Positions 1-10,001 of a stretch of 64,000 nt of DNA are shown in pieces. The DNA comes from an uncultured virus (IMG/VR IMGVR_UViG_3300042691_032560) (Duplodnaviria > Heunggongvirae > Uroviricota > Caudoviricetes). The notes under the pieces are model-generated. The model did no database searches. It was not told the origin of the DNA and saw only the letters and a list, made by a program, of their open reading frames with translations. Position numbers and translations under genes: made by a program. Within the stretch, counting starts at the first letter, position 1. Every line of letters starts with the position of its first letter. The DNA is taken from IMG/VR virus record IMGVR_UViG_3300042691_032560; one strand, 5' to 3'.

Positions 1-2194
1 CATAATCCATGACAACATATGGGAAGAATGGTAATACTGAAGCACCATCACAACTTTCACACGTTATATCATAATCTATCTGTACTGAAACTTGTATTGG
101 AAAATCAATTAGTGATACATTTTGGTCTCCACATCCTGTATTAATAACTACTTGATTTGTATTAGAATTAAAAATAACATTATCAATACCATCATATGTT
201 AATAATATTTGTTCGACAACTGTATAAAAATCATTATCAAATGGAAAATCATTTAATGACTCAGTAGTATAGAATTGCGCGGTTGATGTTATCCCACTTA
301 AGTTAACTATGGCAGTAAAAATAGCTTGATTAAGTACGCAATTATTATCACCATATGTTAAATCATAAAAACCTTCTAATAACATTTGTTGGAGTCCTTT
401 CTTAAGAACTTCACCACTATTGGATAAATCACTGTCACAAACATTGTAAATTTGATATGACGAAATTAAGTTAGTTCCTCCAACATCAAGACTTCTTGTT
501 TGGGCACATCCATTACCATCGGTAACCGTGACATCATATGTGCCTGCAGACAAATTAGTTAAAGTTTTACCGGTTTGACCTCCAACATTATCACTCCAAA
601 CTATTTCAAAGGGAGGAGTCCCTTGAGTAATATACAAATCAATTTTACCGTCAACACCATCTTTAGTTTTTTTAGTTAAATAATTAAAATTGACTTTATT
701 ACCGCTACCGACATAAACATTAGTAGTTTGTGTACATCCTGATGAATCGATAACTTGTACTAAATAGGAACCCTCATCCAAATACTCAAAAACCATTTCT
801 TTTTGATTTTTAGTGACTGACGGTTTTCCTGTTATTTGATAAGTATACGGAGATACACCATCCCCAACTACTTCAATACCAACACTACCATATTCATTAC
901 TACAAGTAATATCATAAACATTAGTATTAATTTGAAAACTATTTACACTTCCAATTGTAACCGTTTCTTCAAATGTACATGGGCCTAAGTCACTAATTGA
1001 TAAAGTATATTCACCCTCATATAAATTAGAAAATATTTGTGATTGATTTTGAGTAGTGTAGTTTGTAGTTTTTCCATTTTGGTTAGTCAATACATACGTA
1101 TAAGGTGGTGAACCACCAACTAATCTTATCGAAACTGTTCCATTGTTTAAATCACAAGTTGCGGTTGTGGTGTTTACCGATACAACATTAAGCCCTTTAG
1201 GGGATAAAAGTGAAAAATTAGTCGTCACAACGCATGTTCCAGCATCGGTAACCGTCATAGTATAATCTCCGGCGGAAAGATTAGGTATTGTTATACTGGT
1301 TAAAAAACTTACATTTGTTATACCATTAGAAAGTTGGTAGTTATATGGAGGAGTTCCTCCACTAATAATATATGTAAGTTGACCGTCACTACCATAGCAA
1401 GATGGCGCGGTTTGTAGATTAGTAACATAAGATAACCTAGGCACTTTGTTTACCGTAGTACCTTTTTTTAATTCGACTGAATCTTTATCGGTAACCGAAA
1501 CTGTATAACCACCAGCACTTAACCCACTAATTGATGATGTTGTTTGTCCATTATTCCATAGATAAGTATATGGACCGTTGCCTGTTAGTCCTGTTATAAA
1601 AATTTTACCATTATTTATGTTACATCCTGATTCATTAATAACATAAAAACCGTAATCAAATGTAGTTGAACTTTTAATAATTACAGTTTCAGATTGACCT
1701 GTACATCCTCCTCCGTCGTCAGCAATAACGTAATATGTTGACGCAGATAATGAATCAAATATAAAATAATCAAAAAATGAATTCCCTGAAGTTATATATC
1801 CATTATAATAATCATATAAATAAAAACTACTAACATTATAGAAATTTGATGTTTGGGCAGTTATCGAGCCATTATTCGTATCGTATGAAGTATTAGATAT
1901 ATCAATACAGGTAACAGTAGTTCCGCTTGAAATGTAGGCTGACCCTATATTTGGAGTTCCAGCGGTCAAACAAGAATCAATTACCTCAAATACATATGTT
2001 CCCGCCGATAATGATGTGAAGGTTGTTGCGGTAACATTATTACCTAAATAATAAACATCAGTGGTCGGGGATATAAACTGAATAGTATAATCAGGAGCAT
2101 TTCCGTTTATTGCAACGCTAAAAGAACCCGAACTTGTGTTAGAACAATCTCCAGTAACTTGTATTTCAAATGAAAGTCCACAATATGAAGCCAT
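1..2194 (-). CDS. SprB-repeat-containing virion/fibre-like protein (3' end beyond left edge; missing from ORF track)
   Basis: ATG at 2194-2192 overlaps the upstream TAA (TAATG). Hand translation starts MASYCGLSFEIQVTGDCSNTSSGSFSV and showed no stop to the window edge. Repeated units GPYTYLWNNGQTTSSISGLSAGGYTVSVTD, GGTPPYNYQLS, GGSPPYTYVLT, GTPPFEIVWS...LSAGTYDVTVTDGNGC resemble SprB repeats. Confidence 0.8.
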   Translation of the reverse strand, partial: MASYCGLSFEIQVTGDCSNTSSGSFSVAINGNAPDYTIQFISPTTDVYYLGNNVTATTFTSLSAGTYVFEVIDSCLTAGTPNIGSAYISSGTTVTCIDISNTSYDTNNGSITAQTSNFYNVSSFYLYDYYNGYITSGNSFFDYFIFDSLSASTYYVIADDGGGCTGQSETVIIKSSTTFDYGFYVINESGCNINNGKIFITGLTGNGPYTYLWNNGQTTSSISGLSAGGYTVSVTDKDSVELKKGTTVNKVPRLSYVTNLQTAPSCYGSDGQLTYIISGGTPPYNYQLSNGITNVSFLTSITIPNLSAGDYTMTVTDAGTCVVTTNFSLLSPKGLNVVSVNTTTATCDLNNGTVSIRLVGGSPPYTYVLTNQNGKTTNYTTQNQSQIFSNLYEGEYTLSISDLGPCTFEETVTIGSVNSFQINTNVYDITCSNEYGSVGIEVVGDGVSPYTYQITGKPSVTKNQKEMVFEYLDEGSYLVQVIDSSGCTQTTNVYVGSGNKVNFNYLTKKTKDGVDGKIDLYITQGTPPFEIVWSDNVGGQTGKTLTNLSAGTYDVTVTDGNGCAQTRSLDVGGTNLISSYQIYNVCDSDLSNSGEVLKKGLQQMLLEGFYDLTYGDNNCVLNQAIFTAIVNLSGITSTAQFYTTESLNDFPFDNDFYTVVEQILLTYDGIDNVIFNSNTNQVVINTGCGDQNVSLIDFPIQVSVQIDYDITCESCDGASVLPFFPYVVMDY

Positions 2195-5100
2195 TAACTA
2201 CAAACTATATTAAAATTTATTCCAACGTTTATTTTTATATTAGATAAAGGTCCATTAAACGAGCAATTAGAGTTATATACTACCACTTCCTCGTTATTTG
2301 TTAAATAATAACTATATCCTAAATTTTCTAAACTATCTAAACCATCTATTAAAATATTTAACCATCCTTGCTCAGAAGGAGTACTACCAACAGAAGAATA
2401 TCCATAACCAGTAAAAAATTCTTGATAAAATTGCATTTGGTTGTCTATCAGTATTTCAATTGTCCAAGTAGTAATTAAAGTGTTAAGTTGACAATCAGTT
2501 AAAAACAAACCATTAGAGGATAAATAACTTGTTAAAACATTACCTAAAACACCATTAAAATTTTGGATTTGACCCTGCCAAGGATAAATTGGACATGATG
2601 TTGAAAACGAAGCGCAATCGTATGGAAATATTGACGCAGTTGTTGAGCATGGGTTACATCTAGCAGGAACCAAATTACATCCCGCCTGTCTTCTCCAAAC
2701 AAATTTTTGTCTGTGAAATATTGAATTTTCATACTTAACACCAGTATTCCAAATGGTGGTTGCGGGAACCATTTGTTCAACTAGTCTTATCCAATAGTCA
2801 CCCAAACCATTAACATATTCAATCATGTTTTGATAATTGAAATTGTTATTAGTAACCCCAATACCATTGTCAATATCAGAATAAACTTGAGAACATGGTT
2901 CTCCGTTATATCTAGACGTGTCAGTTGTTTTATTTGAATTTAAATATTTCCAAAATATTGACTGTAAAGTTGGATAACCTCCAGTTTTACCGTCGGTTTG
3001 GAATTGTCTATTTCTAACATTTATAGTGTTGTGCCAAAATGTTTGAGCAAATTCAAAAAACGATTTTCTTTTTGGTTGAGGATTTATCTCTGTCCAATCG
3101 ACTCCACCTCTATATGGGTATTCGATGTTTGGATTTGGATTACACCTTGTTGGTCTTTGATAAAATAATCCTTGATTCGGTATAGGATAATTGTATTGTC
3201 TTGACATATACCAAACATCATATAACAAGGCCTGTCCTGGATTTAAAAATACATCAATGTTTTTCACATTCAAAACAAGTCTGTCATCCTCAACAACATA
3301 TCGAGCGTTAAAAGACCCATCAATGTTTACTCTTTGTCCAACTTCATCATTAGTCCAACTTTTATTATTATCAACAATCGATGTTAATTCGTACCCCAAG
3401 TTCATAAATGGGAAATTTCTGAATCGATTCAAATAAATTTGACCATATGTGAATGGAGTTAATGATGTTTGATAATTTGGATTCTGTCCCGTAAAAACAC
3501 TATTTGTTAAATCAACTTGCTCAGGTGACCTATGTTGTGGTGTTGATTCAAACCAACCCGAACCTATTTGAAAATAGAAATTTTCATTGTCCTCGGGAGT
3601 TGTTGGATACCCTTCATCATCCATTGGATACTCTTCTCTTAACACATTAACATCCTTAATGACTAATGATGTTGTGTAACCCGTATAAGTTGTTCCAAAA
3701 ATAGAAAAGACATTTGTTGGGTCTAAAACCGCAGTTTCATTAATATATGTCCCCCCTGATATTTGTAGGTATTGTGTGTTAAATTGGGACATATTTATTT
3801 TTTGGTCCGCTACATACACATATTCATTAAATTCAACCAAAGCATCAGGTGCCCCAATTAATCTTAATAAATTCTCAATTGACTTTCTAGTTCCTTTTGA
3901 TTTAAATAAATAAGCAGAATTTAATACTAAGTTTCTATAATATTGATAATTTAATTCATCTGGAGTTGATTTTACCGCAACTCCCGTGAAGTCAGACGGA
4001 CCACTATTTTTTTGTCCAAAAACAGATGATAAAAAGTCCTCATTTGTTATCGGAGATATATTCGTTGCCCAACCTAAAGTTTGAGCTAAATTTTTTAAAA
4101 GTTGTGATGGTATATCATTCTTAACTGTATAATTTACAGAATTCATAAAGGCCAACGCATTTATGAACATATTTGTTTCATCAAAACTACGTCCATAAAT
4201 TTGTAAAACCTTTTCCATTTTTTGACCTATCGTATCAAAGTCTTTGAAGGCACCTGTGGTTAAAAAACGGGATATTAAGTTTGATTTAAATGAGTCAAAA
4301 TTTTGACTTATTTCATCTAATTGAACCAAATAGTTATCAAAATTCGCAGTATAGATATCTAAATTCCATACTCCGTTTGAGGGCCATGTTGCAGTTACAT
4401 TTGTTATGAAGAAAGTTCCGTCATCCGCCTCTTTTGGACTTCTAAACGAACAAGTATATTTTGGAGTTTGATTTCTATTTAATAAGAAATTCTCAACCTC
4501 ATCAAAATCCTCATTGTAAACTTTATTAACTTCATAATCATTTGGTCTAATAACCAAAGTATTATAAACAACACTTTCTCCTGAGAATGGATTTCCTTTA
4601 ACGGTTACAGTTAAAATACCGCTAGTTAAAGAGTTGGTAGGTACAATACTTGATAGTTCATAACCTTCTCCTTCGTAATATAATGAAAATTTGGAAAATT
4701 CCACTGTTAAATTTCTTAAACTAGAAACTTCAATATCTTTGAGTGAAAGGTTTCTTGTCGAATTTACTGTAAAATCAACATCAAATGGATTTCTTAATCT
4801 TGCTATATCTAAATTAAATGTTGTTATTTCCTGAACTATATCATACACAATATTTGTAGCCGTCGCCCCTGTTTTATAATTTAAACCCATTTTGTGGGAT
4901 TCAATTGCTGCAGGGAAATAACTAATAATTTTTGTAACGGATGTAGAAATTCTTTTCGACATTGACCCGTATTGAACAAAATTATTTATCTGAGTTAAAT
5001 CAAAATTTGGATATACTTTAAAATTATTCTCAAAAATTAATTTGGACTGTTCTACGGTTACGATACCCAAATTTTCTAAATTGATTGGGTCTGAAAAAAC

Positions 5101-5268
5101 ACCTGTGTAAAATGTTCTATCTACTTTTTCTGTAACAGCATTTGTAAATTGAAAGTTACCTTGCGTAAGACCTCCTCCTTGGACTAATTGAAATCCAACT
5201 AAATCATCTGAGAATGTCCCACTGCCCGATGCCGGTGTCGGCGGACAGATAAATTTTTTTATCGCCAT
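2194..5268 (-). CDS. Putative baseplate wedge protein (P2 gpI / T4 gp7-like segment), 1024 aa
   Basis: LLKNLAQTLGW...YRNLVLNSAYLFKSKGTRKSIENLLRLIG matches the KGT-containing gpI-like pattern. Lies in the baseplate block; Cys-rich C-terminus. Confidence 0.6.
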   Translation of the reverse strand: MAIKKFICPPTPASGSGTFSDDLVGFQLVQGGGLTQGNFQFTNAVTEKVDRTFYTGVFSDPINLENLGIVTVEQSKLIFENNFKVYPNFDLTQINNFVQYGSMSKRISTSVTKIISYFPAAIESHKMGLNYKTGATATNIVYDIVQEITTFNLDIARLRNPFDVDFTVNSTRNLSLKDIEVSSLRNLTVEFSKFSLYYEGEGYELSSIVPTNSLTSGILTVTVKGNPFSGESVVYNTLVIRPNDYEVNKVYNEDFDEVENFLLNRNQTPKYTCSFRSPKEADDGTFFITNVTATWPSNGVWNLDIYTANFDNYLVQLDEISQNFDSFKSNLISRFLTTGAFKDFDTIGQKMEKVLQIYGRSFDETNMFINALAFMNSVNYTVKNDIPSQLLKNLAQTLGWATNISPITNEDFLSSVFGQKNSGPSDFTGVAVKSTPDELNYQYYRNLVLNSAYLFKSKGTRKSIENLLRLIGAPDALVEFNEYVYVADQKINMSQFNTQYLQISGGTYINETAVLDPTNVFSIFGTTYTGYTTSLVIKDVNVLREEYPMDDEGYPTTPEDNENFYFQIGSGWFESTPQHRSPEQVDLTNSVFTGQNPNYQTSLTPFTYGQIYLNRFRNFPFMNLGYELTSIVDNNKSWTNDEVGQRVNIDGSFNARYVVEDDRLVLNVKNIDVFLNPGQALLYDVWYMSRQYNYPIPNQGLFYQRPTRCNPNPNIEYPYRGGVDWTEINPQPKRKSFFEFAQTFWHNTINVRNRQFQTDGKTGGYPTLQSIFWKYLNSNKTTDTSRYNGEPCSQVYSDIDNGIGVTNNNFNYQNMIEYVNGLGDYWIRLVEQMVPATTIWNTGVKYENSIFHRQKFVWRRQAGCNLVPARCNPCSTTASIFPYDCASFSTSCPIYPWQGQIQNFNGVLGNVLTSYLSSNGLFLTDCQLNTLITTWTIEILIDNQMQFYQEFFTGYGYSSVGSTPSEQGWLNILIDGLDSLENLGYSYYLTNNEEVVVYNSNCSFNGPLSNIKINVGINFNIVCS

Positions 5269-6176
5269 TAAGAAATTATATTTGTAAAGTTCTTACTGAA
5301 GTCGATATTGTTACCTCTATCTTGTCTAACTTCATATAATAAATTATTAAATTGGTCTCTAACTTCGTATAAATTATATTGTCTGTAAATGTTATTTTGA
5401 GTGTCGTACATTGTATAAATTCCGTCATCAATTGACTTGGTTTGATTTCCAAATAGTGCAATTGCTATAGTTGAGAAATCATGTTCGGCAATCTCAATAT
5501 CAAGGGTTATTGGGTTAAAAAATGTATTTGTGATTATTATATCTTGATTTGGTTGTCCTATGTAAGGTATCGCGTTTGGTTTGTTAGATGGTGATGAAGA
5601 AGGTGATAATGTACAAAAAATTATATTTGTGTTATTATCGGTATATCGATATCTAATCGCCTTTGCCGATGTATTAGTTAGATTTTGAACAACTGGTTCA
5701 CAAAAGAATGAAGAAGTTATAATTCTAAAAAAATTAGGTATTTTAGTTCCATCTGAATTTAAATATTCAACTCTAAATCCAACAAGACCCTGATTTATAA
5801 ATTTGTTCCTATATTGTGATGGGACCGAATTCAAATCAATAACAAGTCCTCTTACGTTTGGTAAAGCGGATAACACACCGCAATCTAAAATTGTTGTTCT
5901 TATTTGAGCAGGTCTAACCATTAAAGTATAAATCCCAATACGATTAAACACATCTGCCGGTAGTTTTAAATTATATAAACCACCCAAAATTTCGACATCA
6001 GGATTTCCACCAGTATTCGCATTATTAAAATACGGTCTCAGTATGGACGGAGCATCTAATTTAGTTAAAAGAAAGTTACTCGTTTCATCTCTTGACGGTG
6101 TATAATTCAAAATTATTTCAACGTCTTCTGGTGAGACATCCGCGGGTCGTATAGTTCCATAAGTACCTGTAGCCAT
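5268..6176 (-). CDS. Hypothetical protein, probably structural, 302 aa
   Basis: Long ORF coupled to the downstream gene by TAATG; upstream TATTTAT motif. Confidence 0.6.
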   Translation of the reverse strand: MATGTYGTIRPADVSPEDVEIILNYTPSRDETSNFLLTKLDAPSILRPYFNNANTGGNPDVEILGGLYNLKLPADVFNRIGIYTLMVRPAQIRTTILDCGVLSALPNVRGLVIDLNSVPSQYRNKFINQGLVGFRVEYLNSDGTKIPNFFRIITSSFFCEPVVQNLTNTSAKAIRYRYTDNNTNIIFCTLSPSSSPSNKPNAIPYIGQPNQDIIITNTFFNPITLDIEIAEHDFSTIAIALFGNQTKSIDDGIYTMYDTQNNIYRQYNLYEVRDQFNNLLYEVRQDRGNNIDFSKNFTNIIS

Positions 6177-6224
6177 TTTATTAGAAAATTATTAAACTTT
6201 ATTATAAATACCTTTTTTTGTGTT

Positions 6225-7400
6225 TTATATTTCTACGATATTAAAGAATCCATACCCATAATTAACTAAGTCACCCATATTGTCAATCTCACCCAATCTT
6301 TGGATTCTTTCTAATGCAGAATTTTTACCTCTTTCAATAAAAATGTTACTCTGTACCTCAGGTTCAAATACAACATTTAATAAAACTTCATTCTTAGTTA
6401 TGGCAGAACAAACCAAATCGGAACACCCTGATGATTGAACTACGAATATTGTAGTACCGTCAGCATAATCATAATAGTCAATGTCATTTACCGTATATGC
6501 CGTAAATAATGAATTCGGAGTTGGGGAATAAACTATCCCTTGAGCACCTGACGAACCAGTAACAAAAACATCTGGTTTAAACTTACCCGCTAATCTACTA
6601 GGGTTACCTTTTGGTCCGTATTGTGTTAAATCATTCAAAGTTGATTGAGTATATCCTGTAACAACAAAAGGAATTGATGTGAACTCACAACAAGGTACAG
6701 TTGTTTCACAAATCGCATCTCCTGAAAAAATATAATTATACTGAATTGGTGTCGCTGACCAACTACCTGCTGCAGGAATAAAATAAGCGGTACCATATGG
6801 GTCACTAATAATAATATCAGTAATAGGTATTGTAATATCTTTTTTTATAACATTATAACCCCATGGACTCAAACCTGACATAGATATTGTGTAAGTACCA
6901 TTTGAAGAGTAATTATGCGTATAATAATTGGGTGATACCGTTGTCACAGTCAGTATAGAACTTCCGTCACCCCAATCAACATAATAATTAGAAAATTCTA
7001 AGTATTTTTTAAATTCTTTATCTGAAGTATTAAAAAAATATACAGTGTTAGGGGTAGATGTATCACCTGTAAATAAAAAATTTAACATTGTATCTTTTTG
7101 AGTTATAGCACCATCAAAAACAGAATAGTATCCGACATCAACGGTATTTTCACTTAAAAAAATAGGTATAGTTAAATCAGTCAATAATGAATCTCCGTTT
7201 GTCCCTCCTGACAAAATTTCGGTCATAGATGAATAAACAAATGCAGTTCCAGTAGTGACACCGGTAGTTTCAATATTTATATTACAACAAGGGTCAAATG
7301 GTATAATATTAGAATATCCATCCTCAACATATGGTATCCCAAAAATATCATTAGTAATAACTTCAGGAGAAATTCTTATGTAATAAGTTCTATCTTGCAT
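6225..7400 (-). CDS. Structural protein with a PKD-like domain, 391 aa
   Basis: VDWGDGSS...THNYSSNGTYTISMSG is a PKD signature (approx. 6873-6981). Confidence 0.6.
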   Translation of the reverse strand: MQDRTYYIRISPEVITNDIFGIPYVEDGYSNIIPFDPCCNINIETTGVTTGTAFVYSSMTEILSGGTNGDSLLTDLTIPIFLSENTVDVGYYSVFDGAITQKDTMLNFLFTGDTSTPNTVYFFNTSDKEFKKYLEFSNYYVDWGDGSSILTVTTVSPNYYTHNYSSNGTYTISMSGLSPWGYNVIKKDITIPITDIIISDPYGTAYFIPAAGSWSATPIQYNYIFSGDAICETTVPCCEFTSIPFVVTGYTQSTLNDLTQYGPKGNPSRLAGKFKPDVFVTGSSGAQGIVYSPTPNSLFTAYTVNDIDYYDYADGTTIFVVQSSGCSDLVCSAITKNEVLLNVVFEPEVQSNIFIERGKNSALERIQRLGEIDNMGDLVNYGYGFFNIVEI

Positions 7401-8215
7401 TATACTTTTGGGGGATTTACATATTCATACCACATGAATGGAGTTCCATTAGCAATTCTGGAATTACTTATTAAATCGTAAAGTTTATAAGTAAAATTTG
7501 TATAATCTAATACAACCTTTCTATAAAAATACAACTCTTGGTCAAACAAAAACTTCATTCCTGTTAATTGAGATTGAGGTATTGTCATCATTCTGACAAA
7601 TACTCCATTTTTAGCATCAAAAAATTTTATACTCATATAAAACTCAGTCAAGTTTAGAATATTTTTATCTCTTAACCAATAGATAAAAAATCCTTCCTTA
7701 TCGAAAACATAATCTAACACAAAATTTGGAGTGATTACGTCAGCGGTTGTTCCTAAAATAGAATTTAAAATAACTGTTTCCCTTTTTACAGAATTTGTAG
7801 GTAAAATGATAGTAAAATAATTTTTTTGTGTTAAGTTATCCGTACTGTCATAAAAATCAACCTTAAAAAATGATTTTACCACAGGTCTAGTTTGATAATA
7901 TAATTCTTCGATTGAGAATCCTGCCTGTTGATAACTCATTACCCAATCGGTGTCCACCGAGGTTGGTATGTCAACCGAAGTTCCATTAAAAAAATAGAAT
8001 TGATACTCTATTGAGCTTTGATTCTCAGTACCATAATAATCGTGAGCAAATCTTGATATTTCATAATCTTTAGGTAGTCCGATGATTTCTTCAATAACCT
8101 CATCTTCGTAAATTTCAATACTATCGGTATGACCATTAAAATCCCATTTAATTTCAATTGGTATATCAATTGATTGGTTATTATCGGATAATATGAATCT
8201 ATAACTATTATTCAC
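7400..8215 (-). CDS. Hypothetical protein, probably structural, 271 aa
   Basis: Long ORF overlapping both neighbours in the baseplate operon. Confidence 0.55.
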   Translation of the reverse strand: MNNSYRFILSDNNQSIDIPIEIKWDFNGHTDSIEIYEDEVIEEIIGLPKDYEISRFAHDYYGTENQSSIEYQFYFFNGTSVDIPTSVDTDWVMSYQQAGFSIEELYYQTRPVVKSFFKVDFYDSTDNLTQKNYFTIILPTNSVKRETVILNSILGTTADVITPNFVLDYVFDKEGFFIYWLRDKNILNLTEFYMSIKFFDAKNGVFVRMMTIPQSQLTGMKFLFDQELYFYRKVVLDYTNFTYKLYDLISNSRIANGTPFMWYEYVNPPKV

Positions 8216-10001
8216 AGGGGTCAGTTATTGGGTCAGCTACGTTATTTAATAGTAAATAGTTAGTACCTTCAGGTATCAATCTAAAAATTATATTTTTAAA
8301 TGGGTGGTGTTTTCCATTTAAAAATGGTTGGTCTACTCCAATTCCATCTGAATCTATATAACCATATGTATATATGTCTCTCCAAATGAATAAATTTCTA
8401 TTTTCGGAAAAATATGCCCAGTTAGGAATTCCCTCCACATTAGTTGACTCACTTTCTTCAATATAGTCTGAAAAAGCTCGTATTGTGATTGGATGAAGTG
8501 GTCTATAATAATACCCAGGGTAATAATAATTTTCGTCGTCAACAAAAACTGAAACTGAAAAATTATTTTGATTAAATGTTAATTTATGATATATGTCAGA
8601 GATAACTCTTTCACTTTGTTCGTAGTCATTCCATTCACATAAATCTCCGTCAATAGTATCTCCAGATTGTAATACATTTACATAAAAAAATTGATAGGGT
8701 ATACCGACTGGATTTGTTCCATATGGCGCCAAATTAAAATATTGACTACTACTCAAATTTGAGTCAGAATTTGGTGAGGACCACCAACTTGTTGGTAATT
8801 TTGTAATAGGGTCTAAGGGTAGATTAAACTCATAACCTAGTTTCAAATCATTCATCCATCCAAAATAACCTCTCCAAATAACTGTGTAAAATAATTCGGT
8901 AACGGGTCTTTTTTGATTGTCTATTAAATTCAATAAATCCAAATCCTCATTAAAACTAAGTGTGTATGATTGAGAACCTTCTTTTATTGAAAACCTTCGT
9001 ATAGCATTTGGAGTAAGGGACGACCTTTCTAATTTTCTATTATCCTTAAATATGTTTTGTTCGAAGGCCGCTTTAGACATAATAGCATTTTGGGGGTTAG
9101 TCAAAATTTTGTTTCTTCTCACATAATATTTAGAGGTTGTTTCAGTTAAATTTGTATCGATAACAACTCTTTTTGCCGTCCCGATAGTACCATCAATAAA
9201 AGTAGTTCCTAAAAAACCAGGATTCAAAAGATTAAAAATATATAAATCACTTTCGAATGTTCCGTCACCTAAAGAATAAACTTGGAACGTATCGGTGGGT
9301 CCAGTACTAGTTCCATAACTAAAATCTAATTTTACAAACTCTCCGACCCTAATACCATGTTTTAAAGGAGAAACAAAAGATACAATATCTTTACCTCCAT
9401 CATCTGAAAGTCTAACAACAAAAGGTATCCCATCTTGAGCGGTCCAATTTAAAGTGTATTTTATTCCTCTATCTAATAAAACCGCACTTAAAGGTTTATT
9501 ATAATCATTCTCAAATGCATAACTCATATAAAAACTCCAATTGTAAGAACTAGCACTTTGAGGTTCAAATTTTAAGTGGTAATTTGGGGGACTTGATGAG
9601 TCTGGTTGAGTATATCCTGTTGCTCCGTAATCTGTCCTTATGAAATCAAATTCAGTGTACTGCGGAAATCCCGCCCATTCCGCGTTACCAATAGTACACT
9701 CTATTGCTGCGTCATTTTCGGCATTTACATAATATAAGTTATTTCTAAATGGTTCATATGTTGAAGTACCAGTATATGAGTTTTTGAAAACAAATAAAAA
9801 TTTTGAGCTCGGTCTAAATTTTGTAGATTTCTGTCTTTCGTCATCAAATAATTGTTGTAAATCTAAATCAATATTTTTATCGTATTCCGTAATTAATTTT
9901 GATGTCTGAATAAATGGCACTTTAATTGCCATATCAACATTAGACGCTGATTTGTATCTTAGTGAACCTAAAATTATTCTTATTTCGTTATTATTTCCCA
10001 T
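8208..10001 (-). CDS. Hypothetical protein, probably structural, 597 aa
   Basis: Long aromatic/beta-rich ORF, TAATG-coupled to the upstream gene. Confidence 0.55.
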   Translation of the reverse strand: MGNNNEIRIILGSLRYKSASNVDMAIKVPFIQTSKLITEYDKNIDLDLQQLFDDERQKSTKFRPSSKFLFVFKNSYTGTSTYEPFRNNLYYVNAENDAAIECTIGNAEWAGFPQYTEFDFIRTDYGATGYTQPDSSSPPNYHLKFEPQSASSYNWSFYMSYAFENDYNKPLSAVLLDRGIKYTLNWTAQDGIPFVVRLSDDGGKDIVSFVSPLKHGIRVGEFVKLDFSYGTSTGPTDTFQVYSLGDGTFESDLYIFNLLNPGFLGTTFIDGTIGTAKRVVIDTNLTETTSKYYVRRNKILTNPQNAIMSKAAFEQNIFKDNRKLERSSLTPNAIRRFSIKEGSQSYTLSFNEDLDLLNLIDNQKRPVTELFYTVIWRGYFGWMNDLKLGYEFNLPLDPITKLPTSWWSSPNSDSNLSSSQYFNLAPYGTNPVGIPYQFFYVNVLQSGDTIDGDLCEWNDYEQSERVISDIYHKLTFNQNNFSVSVFVDDENYYYPGYYYRPLHPITIRAFSDYIEESESTNVEGIPNWAYFSENRNLFIWRDIYTYGYIDSDGIGVDQPFLNGKHHPFKNIIFRLIPEGTNYLLLNNVADPITDPCE

